DNA of 63,047 bases, counting the filler, from Reticulomyxa filosa (taxonomy: Eukaryota; Protista; Foraminifera), in assembly GCA_000512085.1 (NCBI GenBank). It is 9 parts of 9 records of this genome, joined end to end, with 100 filler letters (N's around TTAATTAATTAA, not from the genome) between each part and the next. Parts side by side here need not be neighbours in the genome. Positions count along the whole stretch, not along the records: positions 1 to 22,247 come from ASPP01000586.1; positions 22,348 to 25,166 come from ASPP01025164.1; positions 25,267 to 39,190 come from ASPP01006699.1; 6 more parts are not named here. The stretch is one strand, 5' to 3'. Numbering within the stretch: position 1 is the first letter of the stretch; each line of letters starts with the position of its first letter. Both the position numbers and the translations under genes were made by a program. A model generated the notes under the pieces. The model saw nothing but the letters and a program-made list of their open reading frames with translations, had not been told where the DNA came from and ran no database searches. Below, piece after piece: positions 13,500 to 25,836 of this stretch.

Positions 13500-15462
13500 A
13501 TGTCGCTTGTGACAATGCCATCGGACCCAATGTTTTTGATGGAGAAGAAGAGCAGTGAAAAGGGAAAAGGAAATACATTGAATGAGGTAAGCGAAGGAAA
13601 CGAGGAAATGACAAAGGACGAAGGAGAGAAAGAGACGATAAATGGGAGCAAGACAATGGAAGAGTGGTTGCAGCAGGAGAGTCTGATCGTGCATCCAGTG
13701 TGGATCGGGAATCTGCCAGCGCACACAAACGTGAAATCGCTACGAGACTTTATCGAATCGAAGATCGGCCAGGTGTTGGTGTCGTTGCATGTGAGTGACA
13801 ACGGGAGCAACAGCAACGACCGCAAATACGCATTTCTGAACCTGCCGTTTGCAGAGAAGCAGATGTTAGCGGCGACATTGTTGGACGGACAAATATTTAA
13901 CGACGAAAAGTGATTGTGAGACCGAAGCGAAGTTCCAAGTTCCCGCAGTCGTTCTTTGGGAGTTCGCCGATCAATGCATACTTTAAACAGTTTCGAGACA
14001 ACGTAGCCCCGCAGATCTTTAGCAATCCAGCGCTGTTGAACCTGCAAAGTGTGCGACAATCGTTGAAGGACAACAACATATCGATTGAGCACCTGCCCAA
14101 TCGCATGTGGTGTGTGCATTGCACGTTGGCACCTCATTGTCATCGATCGTATTGCTCGTTCTATCATAAGCCGCACGAGAAGGAGTTGGGACGAATCCTT
14201 TCGCTGCTCGCCGCCGAGCACTACGAAAGCAAGCATAGCGCTGCGCCTCTCAACGGCGTCGACTACCAGGGCACCAATACCCGAGGCATGCACAGCCATC
14301 ACACGTTGCTCGTACAAGGCCTGCCCAAACACATCACGTCCAACAAGATCCAAAAGTGGTTCGAGGTGTTTGGCGATATCGATCACATCAGCGTGCAAAC
14401 CAATCTCACGTATCTGCGCATGAAGCGAGCACAGGACGCTACCAAAATTGTGCATCTGCTCAAAGGGAACAATGCCAAGATACTCATCTCCTTTGCCCCA
14501 CAGTTGAGAGCACTCGGATATGTTTGAGTATTTTAATTCCTTCTTTTTTTTTGCTTATTTGTTTGTCTATATGTATGTGTGTGTGTATGTAATTTGTGCT
14601 GTGAATTAGTGGCTCACAAGGAGAATCTCAGCCACAGATCCAGTCCTCGGATGAATATTCCACAAAGAACAAAGACGAGGATGTCATGGATTCCTCGTCG
14701 ATGCATAAAAAGCCCTTTCGAACCAATAAAAAACGCAAATATCACAAAACGGAAACAATGAATGGAGAGTGGAACATAAATGGCGGGGATGTGGGCACTA
14801 GCAAAGTCAATTCCAATGTCACGCTCACTTCCAATATCAAAGCAAATGTCAACTCGCTGCCTAATTTGAATATCGTCGCTCTGTCCAACTCCACTATCAA
14901 GTCAATGCCCATTTCCATGCCTTTTCAAACTATCTCTCCTATTACTGCTATTCCCTCGGGTCAATCCATTGCATTTCCTTGGCAACTTATCCCGACGCAA
15001 GTCTTTCCTGTATTGTCAAATGCTTCGCCTACTTACATCTACTCGGATCACACCACGCCCATCCAAACCACACATCCGACTTCCAACTACATGTTCACTC
15101 AGACCACACCAAGCTATTGCTTTACTCCTCCGGAAAATAGTCAGTTTATTTCCACTCCCAATTTCATTCATGGACTACACAGTCCCTTGTCGCCTTTTGA
15201 TGTAGTAAACACCCCTCTTACCGCAATTCCAATGGCCACTCCCCTTCTCACGGGGCTGACAACCAGAAACATCAATACAAATACGGCTGCCAATTCCAAT
15301 TATATCCACACCCCTATCTTGAATATGCAACGTGAACTGTCACCAAAAAAGTTGAACGAACAACAACCACTTTTCCCTAAATTGCCTTTCATTTCCATGA
15401 CTGATACTCCACTCACTCCTATGGAGCAATTGTTATTGCCTGGCAACACCTCTCATGACTGA
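13500..15462 (+). CDS. RNA-binding protein with two RRMs, a CCCH-like finger and a P/S/T-rich tail; apparent 1-nt frameshift at about 13906-13910
   Basis: RNP2 VWIGNLP, RNP1-like KYAFLNL, second RRM LLVQGLP...FEVFGDI; CTLAPHCHRSYCSFYH; intron about 14519-14609. Confidence 0.7.
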
Positions 15463-16127
15463 CAGTATTTTTCGCATTCGGGGAAAGGGGGATGTTATCT
15501 CATGTTGGTCATGTTGCCAATCATCAGCTCATTATCAAGATTTTTGTGTATTGGTCATTCATCTTTTGTGTATCCACAGCTTTGGTGTAATATATTTTTA
15601 GTCTAATTTTTTTTTCCTCATTTTATTGTCCATCATTGACATGTATTTTTGGCAATGTTTTTTGTGTTGTTAAAACAATTACTTTTCATTTTGGTTTTTC
15701 TTCATTTTTTGATTGACAGCTCTTCTTCTCTTTCTTGTGGGCAAATCTAGGTCCAAAGGTACTCTTCTTCTAAAAAATTTTTTGGCAATGAGTGTATTTT
15801 TTTTACCTTTACACCATTTTCAAAAAAATTCTCGGTTTTTTCTAAGATTGGATTACCTAATTGATTCATATTGCAAAATGAATGAGAAAGAATTATGCAT
15901 TCAAAAGAAGCGTGCTCACTTTTATTGCTTTTCAACAAAAAAAGCACTAGATAAAAACTATACAAGAATTAATGTGATTGCAAAAAAACAAACACAAAGA
16001 AAAAGAGAAAATGCTGAGTCATGTGGTTTGGCAATAAATGATGATGCAAAAGGGAAATAGGAAGGAAAAAAAGCAATTCAGCCAAAAAAAAAAGAGAAAA
16101 ACAACCCAAGACAACAGACAAAAAGAA

Positions 16128-18207
16128 TCAATGGATTTGTTCATCCAATATTTGCAATTGCCTAGCATAGTGGTCTTCTAATTGTTTTTTATCTTTTTGA
16201 TATTGCTTTTTTAAATCATTCCATAACGCAATTAGATCAGGTTTTTGTATTGAAGCAGGGATAACTAATTCCGTTTTCAAAATATCGGCTCCATCGAATA
16301 AAGATGACACAAGAACTGTTGAAACAATGTTATCAAGACATAAACATGTAAGTTATGCTCAACTCAAGACATTCAAGAGTTTTCCAGCTTTTTCAATCAC
16401 TCAACTTTGCCGACCAGTGTCACTCTCATCGATATCACTGGTAGGTTCTTCTTTATTCACAACCATAGTTCCATAGTTATCAAACGGTTTGTATTCTGCT
16501 CTTCCTTGAGCATTATTGTCATTATCACCATCCTCATTATCTGTTTCTGCACTTTTTTGGCTTGACTGCCCTTGGATAACCATTGTTGCATCGTTGTAGG
16601 GTCCAACCTCGTTATTCCCTTCAACACTCGGCTATATTATCATCCCAAACCAATAGTTGCCTTTTTATATACATGCATATATGTATATGAATATAAACAT
16701 AAATCGATGTAGTATTTCGCCCTCAATGTACTCAACATCCTCGGGGTCTGCATGTATTTGTTCCTCTTCCTCTTGCAGCGTTTTTCGTTTTTCGTCCAGC
16801 AAAGGTTTTACTTTGAAGAACAGTTTTTGGATGATTGGTAAGCCTTTTGCTTTTCGAATCCACGGATGCTTAAAAAAAAAAAATAAATTGTGTTTGCAAT
16901 TTTGTTAAAAAAACAGCATGCAAAGAAGAAAAACCAAACTCGGAACAATTGAAGCACAGTGGGTCTTTGGGAGGGATTTTTAGTCAAACACTTGGCAACA
17001 AAATCGTGAAAATGTAGAGAAAAGTTTCCATCTTTTGGCAACGTGGGTGGATCAGATTTGGTAATCGTGAATGCCGCTTTTAGTGGGGGCATTTGTGCCA
17101 AAGGTACTCTCCCGGTGGCCATTTCAATCGCAGTGATTCCCAATGCCCAAACATCGACCTTATTACCACTTTTTTCTTCATTTTCCAGCATTTCTTTTAA
17201 TATGTGTTTTTTATTATTTTATTTTCTATTCCTTGTATTGGTTATATGTCTTTTTAATGGCCAATGTGATTCGAAAATAAAAATAAATAAAAATAGGAAA
17301 AAAACCTGGCGCTTTCCAGTGTGCACCTCGAAAAGATGCATTTGATGACGTGTTTAAATTTTTTGAGACTTCGTGATCGACTTTTGATTATCCAAAAAAA
17401 GAAGGACAAACCAAATATCACTCAAAATTTATCATACAAAAAAAAAAAAAAAGAAGGAAAAAGAGATTTTTTTTTTAAATATACCAAGTTTGCATTGCCC
17501 TTTTTGTGTTATCATTATGTGACTGGCTCGAATACCTTTGTGCACTACTTTGTTTTCATGCAAGTAATGTAGTCCCTTTAAACTTTCCCTTTTTTTTTTG
17601 TTTTTTTTTTAAAAAGGGACAAGGAATCCAAATTTTATGTGGCCACATAAATCGAGAACGAAATATGATACATAATTAATTATACATATAATGAAGTCCA
17701 GAAGTGGCTCACCTCATAATGACTTGTATTTGTTCCTCTTTCAAAGATTCTTTTGTTATATTCAAAATATCTGCAACTGCGCCGCCTTCACAATATTCCA
17801 TTAACCACTAGATCCAAATCCCCCCCAAAATTTTTTTTTGTTAACATGGACACATACGCCTAGCATTGCACATACCCATGTCGCTCCTTGCCATATAAAT
17901 GCATCTTGAAACGTGACAATGTATGGAGATTTCAACGTTTTTAGTATTTTTATATCCTCTTCCAATCCTTTTTTGTCTGCTTCATCTGTCATTATTTTTA
18001 CTGCCACTGTGCCGCCATTGGCCAAATCTTTTGCTTGATATACCGTACCAAATGGTCTTTCATGTGTTGTATCACAAAGTTGTTGTACGTTCTTTTCTAA
18101 CAAATAAGCATTGTCTTGTCTTAGAATTCAACTCACCCTTTACTTAGAGGTTGAATGAATTTAAATCTTTCTTCCGGATTTTGTGTTGCGACTACTTTTG
18201 AGGCCAT
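16128..18207 (-). CDS. STE20/MST (Hippo-like) kinase-fold protein, predicted pseudokinase, with SARAH-like C-terminus; multi-exon
   Basis: Spliced: NPEERFKFIQPLSKGPFGTVY, VAVK, WLMEYCEGGAVADIL, KGLHYLHENKVVHKGIRASHIMI, KLVDHEVS, HWKAPE, KVDVWALGITAIEMATGRVP, FHDFVAKCLTKNPSQRP; tail DKKQLEDHYARQLQILDEQIH. Confidence 0.85.
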
Positions 18208-18998
18208 TTCTTATGAAGTATTAAAAAAAAGTTTGAATATAAAACCCTTTTTACCCACTTCGTTTAGCGGCTAAAAAAGTCAAAATTATTCGATTCACCA
18301 ACAATACGTTTATTTGAACATTATGTCTCACAACTGATTGTTCAATAACTTTATCTACTCCGCACACATTCTTGAATTTCCGACAGGTTGGTACAGAACA
18401 AACATTTGAACTAAACAAAAGAAGACACTTTAAAAAAAGTAATGTTGTTTTGAATAGATTGATACTGATATATTACAAAAACTGTGTGAGGCAGAATCAT
18501 AATGAACTCTGTCATTTGACGTAAAAGTTCTATTGTTTTACTATTTAGATTTCATTTTACATTCTCACTCTAATTTCTAAGACTCTATCTAAGTACTAGT
18601 TTCCCTACATTGAATTGGATAAAAATACCTCAAAAACTCCTTTTACAGAAAAAGAACAATAATTTGTTTACTCCATAAAAAATTCTTTGTCCGACAATTA
18701 TCAGAAAACTATAGCAACAATTTTTGGCCAAAAAAAGGATTGATTTATTGATGAATAAAATGAAATTGAATTTAATACAGCGCCAGAATTATTGCGATGC
18801 ATTTTGATTACTTAGTGCGAGAGAATGAAAAAATTTACAAATATCTTTGTTTTGAGATAACTCTCAAAGAAATATTTGCAGTAGGTAATCTTTTGTTCAC
18901 TGCGACAGGAAACTCAATAAAACCAGAGTTTGAGCCGTCACTTCTGTGCATTATTATTTTTGCTACCATTTCAGTTAGAACAATTATATTTGCACGAA

Positions 18999-19232
18999 AT
19001 GGGCTGCTGTTTTGGCTTTGACCATCATCACCGTCACCATGGACATCACGATTACCACGAACACCACCCTCCCCAACAAACGTACGTTGTTGGTCCTGGT
19101 TATGTCCCGACTGCTAATCAACCAACCATAGTTGCCGCGTATCCACATCAGCAGTACACTACCTTTGGCCATCATGACCACCATCATGACCATCATGATC
19201 ACCATCATGACCATCATTACGACCACCACTAG
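18999..19232 (+). CDS. Small (77 aa) His-rich peptide with MGCC N-terminus (predicted myristoylation and palmitoylation)
   Basis: ATG at 18999: MGCCFGFDHHHRHHGHHDYHEHHPPQQTYVVGPGY...HHDHHHDHHDHHHDHHYDHH; GC-richer than flanks; mixed CAT/CAC codons. Confidence 0.7.
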   Translation: MGCCFGFDHHHRHHGHHDYHEHHPPQQTYVVGPGYVPTANQPTIVAAYPHQQYTTFGHHDHHHDHHDHHHDHHYDHH

Positions 19233-19703
19233 CGGACCAAGGATTTGCTTGAGATTTCAAAACTCGGTAGTGTAACAGCTTTTGAGATTAGTGTGCTACT
19301 AAAGCAATTTTGTTTGGGTTTCATTGGGAAATTGACATTTTTTTTGCACAATATTTTTGAAAGTTAAATAACGCTAGCCAAAAATATCTTTTGTTTTGCT
19401 TCTTGCATCTTGTTCAAGATAAAAAATTTAGTTGATCTAAACTTTTGAGTTGTTTTTTAGCAATTTCAATTTTTTTCTTAGCTTTTTATTTTCGTCAATA
19501 ACTTCTTTGGCGTCCTGCTACATTTTTTGGTATCTAAATCGTTGAAGACATTTCAGATGAATGCATTTTTTGTTTTTTTACAGTGGCGTTCCAAACTGCC
19601 TTAAAAAGCCAAAAAGGAAATGTACAACAATATAGCATGATCCTTTAAAAGGAAAAGCAAAAACTACAATTGTAAACGGATCATCAACAAGCATTGAAAA
19701 AAC

Positions 19704-21523
19704 TCAATCAGAATTGTTGAATGGTTTCAACAGCGATACGACGTCCTCTGTTTTTCCTAAGCGACGGGCCATTTCGAAAGGTGTCTCTTCGAGCTTTAAA
19801 AAAACAAGTAAACATATAGGTAACACACGAGTAAATAAGAAAACAAAAAACACAATACCAATGATTTGTCTTCATCTCCAACAGCTCATTCCAGACTTTT
19901 GGAGGCATTTTCATTCGCAACGCCTTCAAACTATTCGATTCATTTTTTCTTTATTCAGTAAACTTAAGTGAATCATATTCATTCCTCGTAAGTCATCGAT
20001 TTCATTCTTTCATCACAATCAACAAAGTGTTTCAAAAAAAAATATATATATAAATATGTGTATGCACGTATTGTATAAAATTACATTGGCAAGCAATTTC
20101 CAAAATGTGGTATCTACGTTCTTTGGAATCAGCAAGGAAAGAATATTTTCGTCCATTTCAGGAGATCGAAAGAGTCCGTCCATTAACGGAGATTGTCCGT
20201 GCTATAGCATCAAATAAAGCAAAAATTTTTTTTGTTATCGTTGTTGTTTTCCCTCTCCATCTCTTTTTTTTCTCTCATAAAAAAAAACCAACTCTGAACA
20301 GTATCCGTGGAAATAGTCAATCTTTCCCACGATTGCTGCGGCACATATTTGCTGAGCAATTGCAAACGAGCCCACACATTCGGTAAGGATTTGAAAAACA
20401 CAAAATGCAGCAAGTTTCTCTCGGCCTGTATTTGTGTTGCAACCCCCCCATCATCATCATTTCATTTGATTCTGTTTCTCAAGCCAAAGTAAGACAGCAG
20501 GAAAAAAAGGAACATACACCTACACACACAACCTAACTCCACGACTCGAGGCCTTGAGTTCCCAAAACGAGTAGTTTTCTTTGTAATTAATGGGAATAAG
20601 TGACTCGATGGCAAATTCGCTGAGTTCGGGTTGACAGTTTATTGCGCTTATCAACGGAGTGCCTCTTTGCTATGTCATTTATTATTGAATAATAAATAAC
20701 AAAAACGCTAATCTTTACATATATATGTATAATAGTGTGTGCATGTAGATAAAATTAAACTCGTTTATCGCAGGTTTGAATAAGCGTCTGCCATCTATCT
20801 TCGTCTCGAATATTGTCTTTCAATAACTTCAACATGAGTAACAAATTCACCCGGATGTTTCGAACTCCAAACTCGATGCAAGAATGATCATCCTAAAGGA
20901 GGAAAAAAGATGAAAGAAGTCCAAGAGGAAAAGAGAAATAAAGATAACCTCGTCTAATTTGTTCCACAACTCTCTGGCTTGGTCAGGGTCGATTGGGACA
21001 AAGAGTTGAATACATGGGATAGACGACTGTTTCCACAGGGCTAACATCAAGGGATAGACACCGATGAGATCGGGACGCATCAATTGGGTTTGGACGATAT
21101 CGCGAGGGATGAACATATTACTGTGCAAGAGCGCCTTGGCATAACCGAACTTGACTTGAGAGCTGTTGGCCATTTGGATCATAAAGTTGCCTCCGCCAAA
21201 GTCGAGTGATTCACGAATAAACGAGGACGACGCAAATTGTCTGGGGAAAAACAGCATCAGATTGGCCATGTCAAAGGCATAAAACGAGGCGATCTGTAAT
21301 TGAATGTCAAACGACAGCTCCTGGATCACTTTGAACGTGTCCGTCATGAACGAGTGTTGGCGTGCGAGTTCATAGAAGGGATGTGCCTTGAGTTTGAAGT
21401 TGGACATTGTCTTTAGCAGAAATTGCACTTCTGTTACAATGCTTTGGTTGTTGTTCATAAACAATATGTTCATTTTCACATCTTTGTATTCTTTTGGAAT
21501 TGGGATTGGAATTGCATCCGTCA

Positions 21524-21554
<31 letters not shown>

Positions 21555-22206
21555 GTTGTTGATACTCGTGCCACTCTCAAAGAAGCCATTCTTGAAACGT
21601 ACCACTTTAAACTTCTTTGTTTGTTGAGGGGTAGGAGGAGACGACATGACGTGGAGAAAGTGATTCAAGCCATACACCAACTGGGACACATTGGTAAAGG
21701 TGACCTGACAACGGATAATGTCAATGATATGAGCTGACTTGGGATAGCGCTCGTGCTTGTAATCCACTTGGGCTTTCAGCTTGCATCGATCGTGGGTTTT
21801 GATAGGTCCTTCCTCGAAGGTGCAGCCCTGGCAATCTTTGAAGATGCTGCGCATTTCCGTTTGGAAGGTCTCGTTCATCGAGTGCGCACGGGTCAATAGC
21901 TCGTGCAGGTAAATGTCAAAGTCGTACACGTGTTTGGGATGGAATAAAATATCTGCGCTGTTGATCTGAATCGATAGGAGCTCCTTTTCTGTCAGCTTGC
22001 TCCGCACTCCCCATTCGTGATCGTCCTGTCGGCACTTGGAGTTGGTCGTTTTCATCTCTTTGTCTTTCCACTCCAAACACATCAGCTGCTTATATTCGTC
22101 TTTGTACTTTTCAATCTCCACTCGCATTTCCTCTTGAAAATTTTCCATTGTCCGAAGCGATTCGCTGTCTGATATCGCTTTGATTTTATTCCATTGAATT
22201 GATGGT

Positions 22207-22247
<41 letters not shown>
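19704..22247 (-). CDS. RelA/SpoT synthetase-like nucleotidyltransferase domain fused to C-terminal ankyrin-like repeats; multi-exon, 5' end lost in linker
   Basis: GPIKTHDRCKLK, IIDIIRCQVTF, VVRFKNGF, EYKDVKMNI, TEVQFLL, AHPFYE in synthetase motif order; downstream GVYPLMLAL, GTPLISAI, GMNMIHLSL, ETPFEMARRLGKTEDVVSLL; frame stays open into the (AAT)n at the contig end. Confidence 0.7.
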
Positions 22248-22347
22248 NNNNNNNNNNNNNNNNNNNNNNNNNNNNNNNNNNNNNNNNNNNNTTAATTAAT
22301 TAANNNNNNNNNNNNNNNNNNNNNNNNNNNNNNNNNNNNNNNNNNNN
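22248..22347. other. Artificial contig linker N44-TTAATTAATTAA-N44 (also 25167-25266, 39191-39290, 50483-50582, 52575-52674, 54603-54702, 58451-58550, 61912-62011)
   Basis: Eight identical 100-nt blocks; the palindromic core gives stop codons in all six frames. Confidence 0.98.
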
Positions 22348-23827
22348 TATTCAATAGTAAACAAACTTTATGCAATAGAAAAAGAGACGATATAAAAAAA
22401 TATCGAAAGAAGCAGAATTAAGAAAATGAACATAGATGATGTAGCAACGAAATTAAAATGGAAGTGATCCAAATTTTTTGTGACGCGAAGAGATTTTTTA
22501 GACGCTGATAAAAAAGCATTAACTTCATGAAAAGGTCTTGGCACTACCGAAAACAATTGTTTTCATATTATTTGCAGGCCGTTTCGACTATCTTGTTACT
22601 TCCTTTGTTACTTTACGTCTTGCACTTTATTACAAACACTTGCGACTGTCAGACTTTGGGATTCAATCTAGTTATTTGCTTTTCCTTAATTAATTTTCCA
22701 ATTTTCTAAAAGTCATTTTAGACATGCGATCTTGCCGTCGCCATTGACTACGGTATAATTATTTCATTTGCATTCGTTTATTCATATACATGCTCATAAA
22801 TACATTTCAATTATTTGTGTAAGTATTATTTTTGTAAATATCTAAAAAAAATCAAAACTTGTCGTTGAATAGAAACAAATTTGAAAATTATCACAATGAT
22901 ATAAACAATATTCGAATTTTAGATCTTCTAAAATTAGATCTATATGAGAATAAAAAAGAAAGCTGACACATAAAACAGCACTTTATATAAATTATTGATT
23001 TTCTTCATGAAAAATAATATTTAATCAAATCTTTTTTTGAAAAATATCTACGAATGTTGTAGTTTTAAAATATCGTTTTGGTGTTTTATTTTATCTTTCG
23101 AATTTTTTCAAAAATTAGATCTTTTATAAAGTTTATTTACATTTTTTTGTCTTTATTACTTTAATTGCTTTATGCAATTTTCTTTGATTTTTTTTTGTCT
23201 TGCATTTTAATTATTTGGTTTTTTTATAAATGTTTTTTACGAGAATATTTTGTTTTAAAAAAAAAAGGCTTGATGTAATTGCTTTTGGAACGACAAACAC
23301 TTAATTAAAGATTTTATAGAAACGTTAATTTTTAATTAAAAAAGAAAGATAAAATAAAAAACCAAAACTACATGATTCGAGATATTTTTTAATAAAAAAA
23401 ATTTTGATTAAATGCCGTTGAGAAAATAAATCGTATTCATAAAGTGCCGTCAGGTGTCAAATTTTTTCAAAATTTAAATATTTTGGGTTTGTAGCTTGCT
23501 TTTTAAATAAAAATTGTTTAACATAGGCTCCTGAAACGACAAATGAAATACGTTATTCTAAAAATTGTTGCGAAGACCACATTACCACGTAATATACGTT
23601 TTTTATGTGAAAGTTTGAAATGATGAATAGCAAAAATTCAACGTTGTTTGGTCATAGTTTTGATCAAAAAAACACTATATTGAGTTACAAAAAAAATTAT
23701 TATTTTTTTGAGTAAACGCATCTTTATGTAGTGAAATCATGACACCAGAGAAAATGGAAAATCGGAAAAAAAGAGATAACATTAATTTAAGAAGATAAAC
23801 ACAACACTTTTAAACCAAAAAATTTCT

Positions 23828-25140
23828 TTAGCTATGTTTCATCGCATTAAAAAAAAGATGCCACCTTTTGAGTTGCTCTTTAGTTGTCTTGTCCTTTAGG
23901 TTATACTTTTTGAATTTAGTGTAGAGATATTTGATAGCTGTCAAAAAGTCTTCGATTTCTTCAGGTGTGAAATCTTTTTTGCTCGAACGGTTTCCCATAG
24001 GTTGAACAATTTTTTTTTGGAAATCCTTGTTCAAATGGATCAAGTCATATTTTTTATTTTTGTCCTTGTTTTTGGATGACGACGGAGGATGTTTTGATGA
24101 TTCGTGTACTTTCTGCTCATGCGACTCTTCAAAGTGTTCGGACTGCACTGCGGACATGGAGGACTCATGTTCTTTTCTTTCAGAAGTGATTTGTTTTCTA
24201 GAAAACCAACACACAAAAATGTGGAACATGATATATGTATTCGAAAGTGGTTCTCAACTTCGTGGCCACAGTTTTGGAGTCATCAGAGACTTTTTCATCA
24301 GACGCTTCGGAAGAGGAACTGTAACCATATTTCTGCCTGTAAATTAATAGCGTTTTGAGGACAGCATTTTGGTCGACTTCGAACTGCCTCTGTTTGTGTT
24401 CCGCACTCAATCTATGAGCAGCCATAGCACGGTAATTGCGGTTCTCAAAAGAACAAATATCACATTTCCAGCTTCTTTCCTGTTTGGAAGCCTCGGTGGT
24501 GGCCCTTTCATGGTCAGTCCGACGAGTGACTTGGGAGTAGTCTTCTCCAGTGTCCAGCAAATGGCATTCTTTGATATGCCATCTACTCAAAAACAGTTTG
24601 TCTTGTTTCAATGGTTTGGGAATATTTTGAATCAAACGATCAAAAATTTTACCTTGTTTATTATATTATTATTGTTATGATTATGGTGATGATAATGATG
24701 ATGATTATTATTATTATTATTGTTATTGTTATATTGTTTATATTTGGAAAATGTATGTATTAATGAAAACCTTTTATATTGGTGGAATGTTTGGTAATGT
24801 TATTGGGCTGATGGGACATGTAATGTGGGAAAATGTCAGTGTCGTAGCAATACCATTTATAAAAAGGATAAGGCTTATTGGGAGCAACCAAAGAAGGGAC
24901 TTTGATGACATTGGGACTATGTTGCGTCTGCAAGACATCTGGAATTTGGTTGATGAAGTACTTGAACTGGCAATTGACGCGCATGATGTCGAACAGAATG
25001 TCGAGGCAGTTTTCGTGTCCGATGCCTTTCGTGCACCACTCACTGAGCGATTCATGAGCCAGTTGCAAGTGATGGCGAATGAACGAGTGTTGATAGTCAA
25101 TGAAATAGCCGCCCATCGAGCACCGAACGGTCAAATAGTC
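23828..25140 (-). CDS. Hypothetical protein with a C2H2-type zinc finger, 5'-truncated, multi-exon
   Basis: WKCDICSFENRNYRAMAAHRLSAEHKQR in ORF 24198-24635; collinear ORFs 24760-25134 and 23828-24229. Confidence 0.55.
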
Positions 25141-25266
25141 TTTTTTTTTTTTTTTTTTTTTTTTTTNNNNNNNNNNNNNNNNNNNNNNNNNNNNNNNNNN
25201 NNNNNNNNNNTTAATTAATTAANNNNNNNNNNNNNNNNNNNNNNNNNNNNNNNNNNNNNNNNNNNN

Positions 25267-25836
25267 ATATATAGTACACACACACACATACTTTTTCATG
25301 GCAGCCATCCACAGAAATCCGGTTGTGATACCCACCAATGCTAAGACGACAATGATAAAGATGGTGTTGCTTTCGCCAGTGACGTTGATCGAGTCTTCAG
25401 AACTTCCGTACAAATGAATTAGCCCATAAAACATCAATGCCATTGCCACTAACCACAAAGCCAATGCCAACACGTCACGGCATTTTCGATCCTTAAAGTT
25501 CATTCGATTCCCAAACTCACCTGATCCACAATTAAAATCGCTCTCACCTTCTTTGGGATAACCACCTTCTTGATACTTTTTTTTTTTTTTGAACAGGCAC
25601 ACAACCACTCATGTTGTCCTTTACCATTCCACTTTGTATCAATTCATATGTATTCCACACAACACACAAACATTCGTAGGCTGTTCATTGTTTTGAGCAT
25701 ACGCCGGCTGCACATATGTTGGCTGCGCATATGTCGTTGGTTGAGCGTAGGTAGACTGTGGATATTGCTGATAGTGATAATCAGAATCCTCACTGTATGG
25801 TGGCGCGGTTGGGGCCTGATCAGGATATGTTTGCAT
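25267..25836 (-). CDS. Choline-transporter-like (CTL/PNS1 family) protein, 5' part only
   Basis: P/Y/Q-rich N-terminus, then RKCRDVLALALWLVAMALMFYG and a second TM IFIIVVLALVGITTGFLWMAAMK; cut by linker. Confidence 0.65.

Noticed and set aside
13908-13913. In-frame TGA as selenocysteine or an alternative genetic code
   Set aside because: The RRM continues in a different frame, not by read-through; TGA, TAA and TAG all end genes normally elsewhere in the window
13490-14455. 321-aa antisense ORF overlapping the RRM gene
   Set aside because: No motifs; explained as the shadow of a GC-richer coding exon
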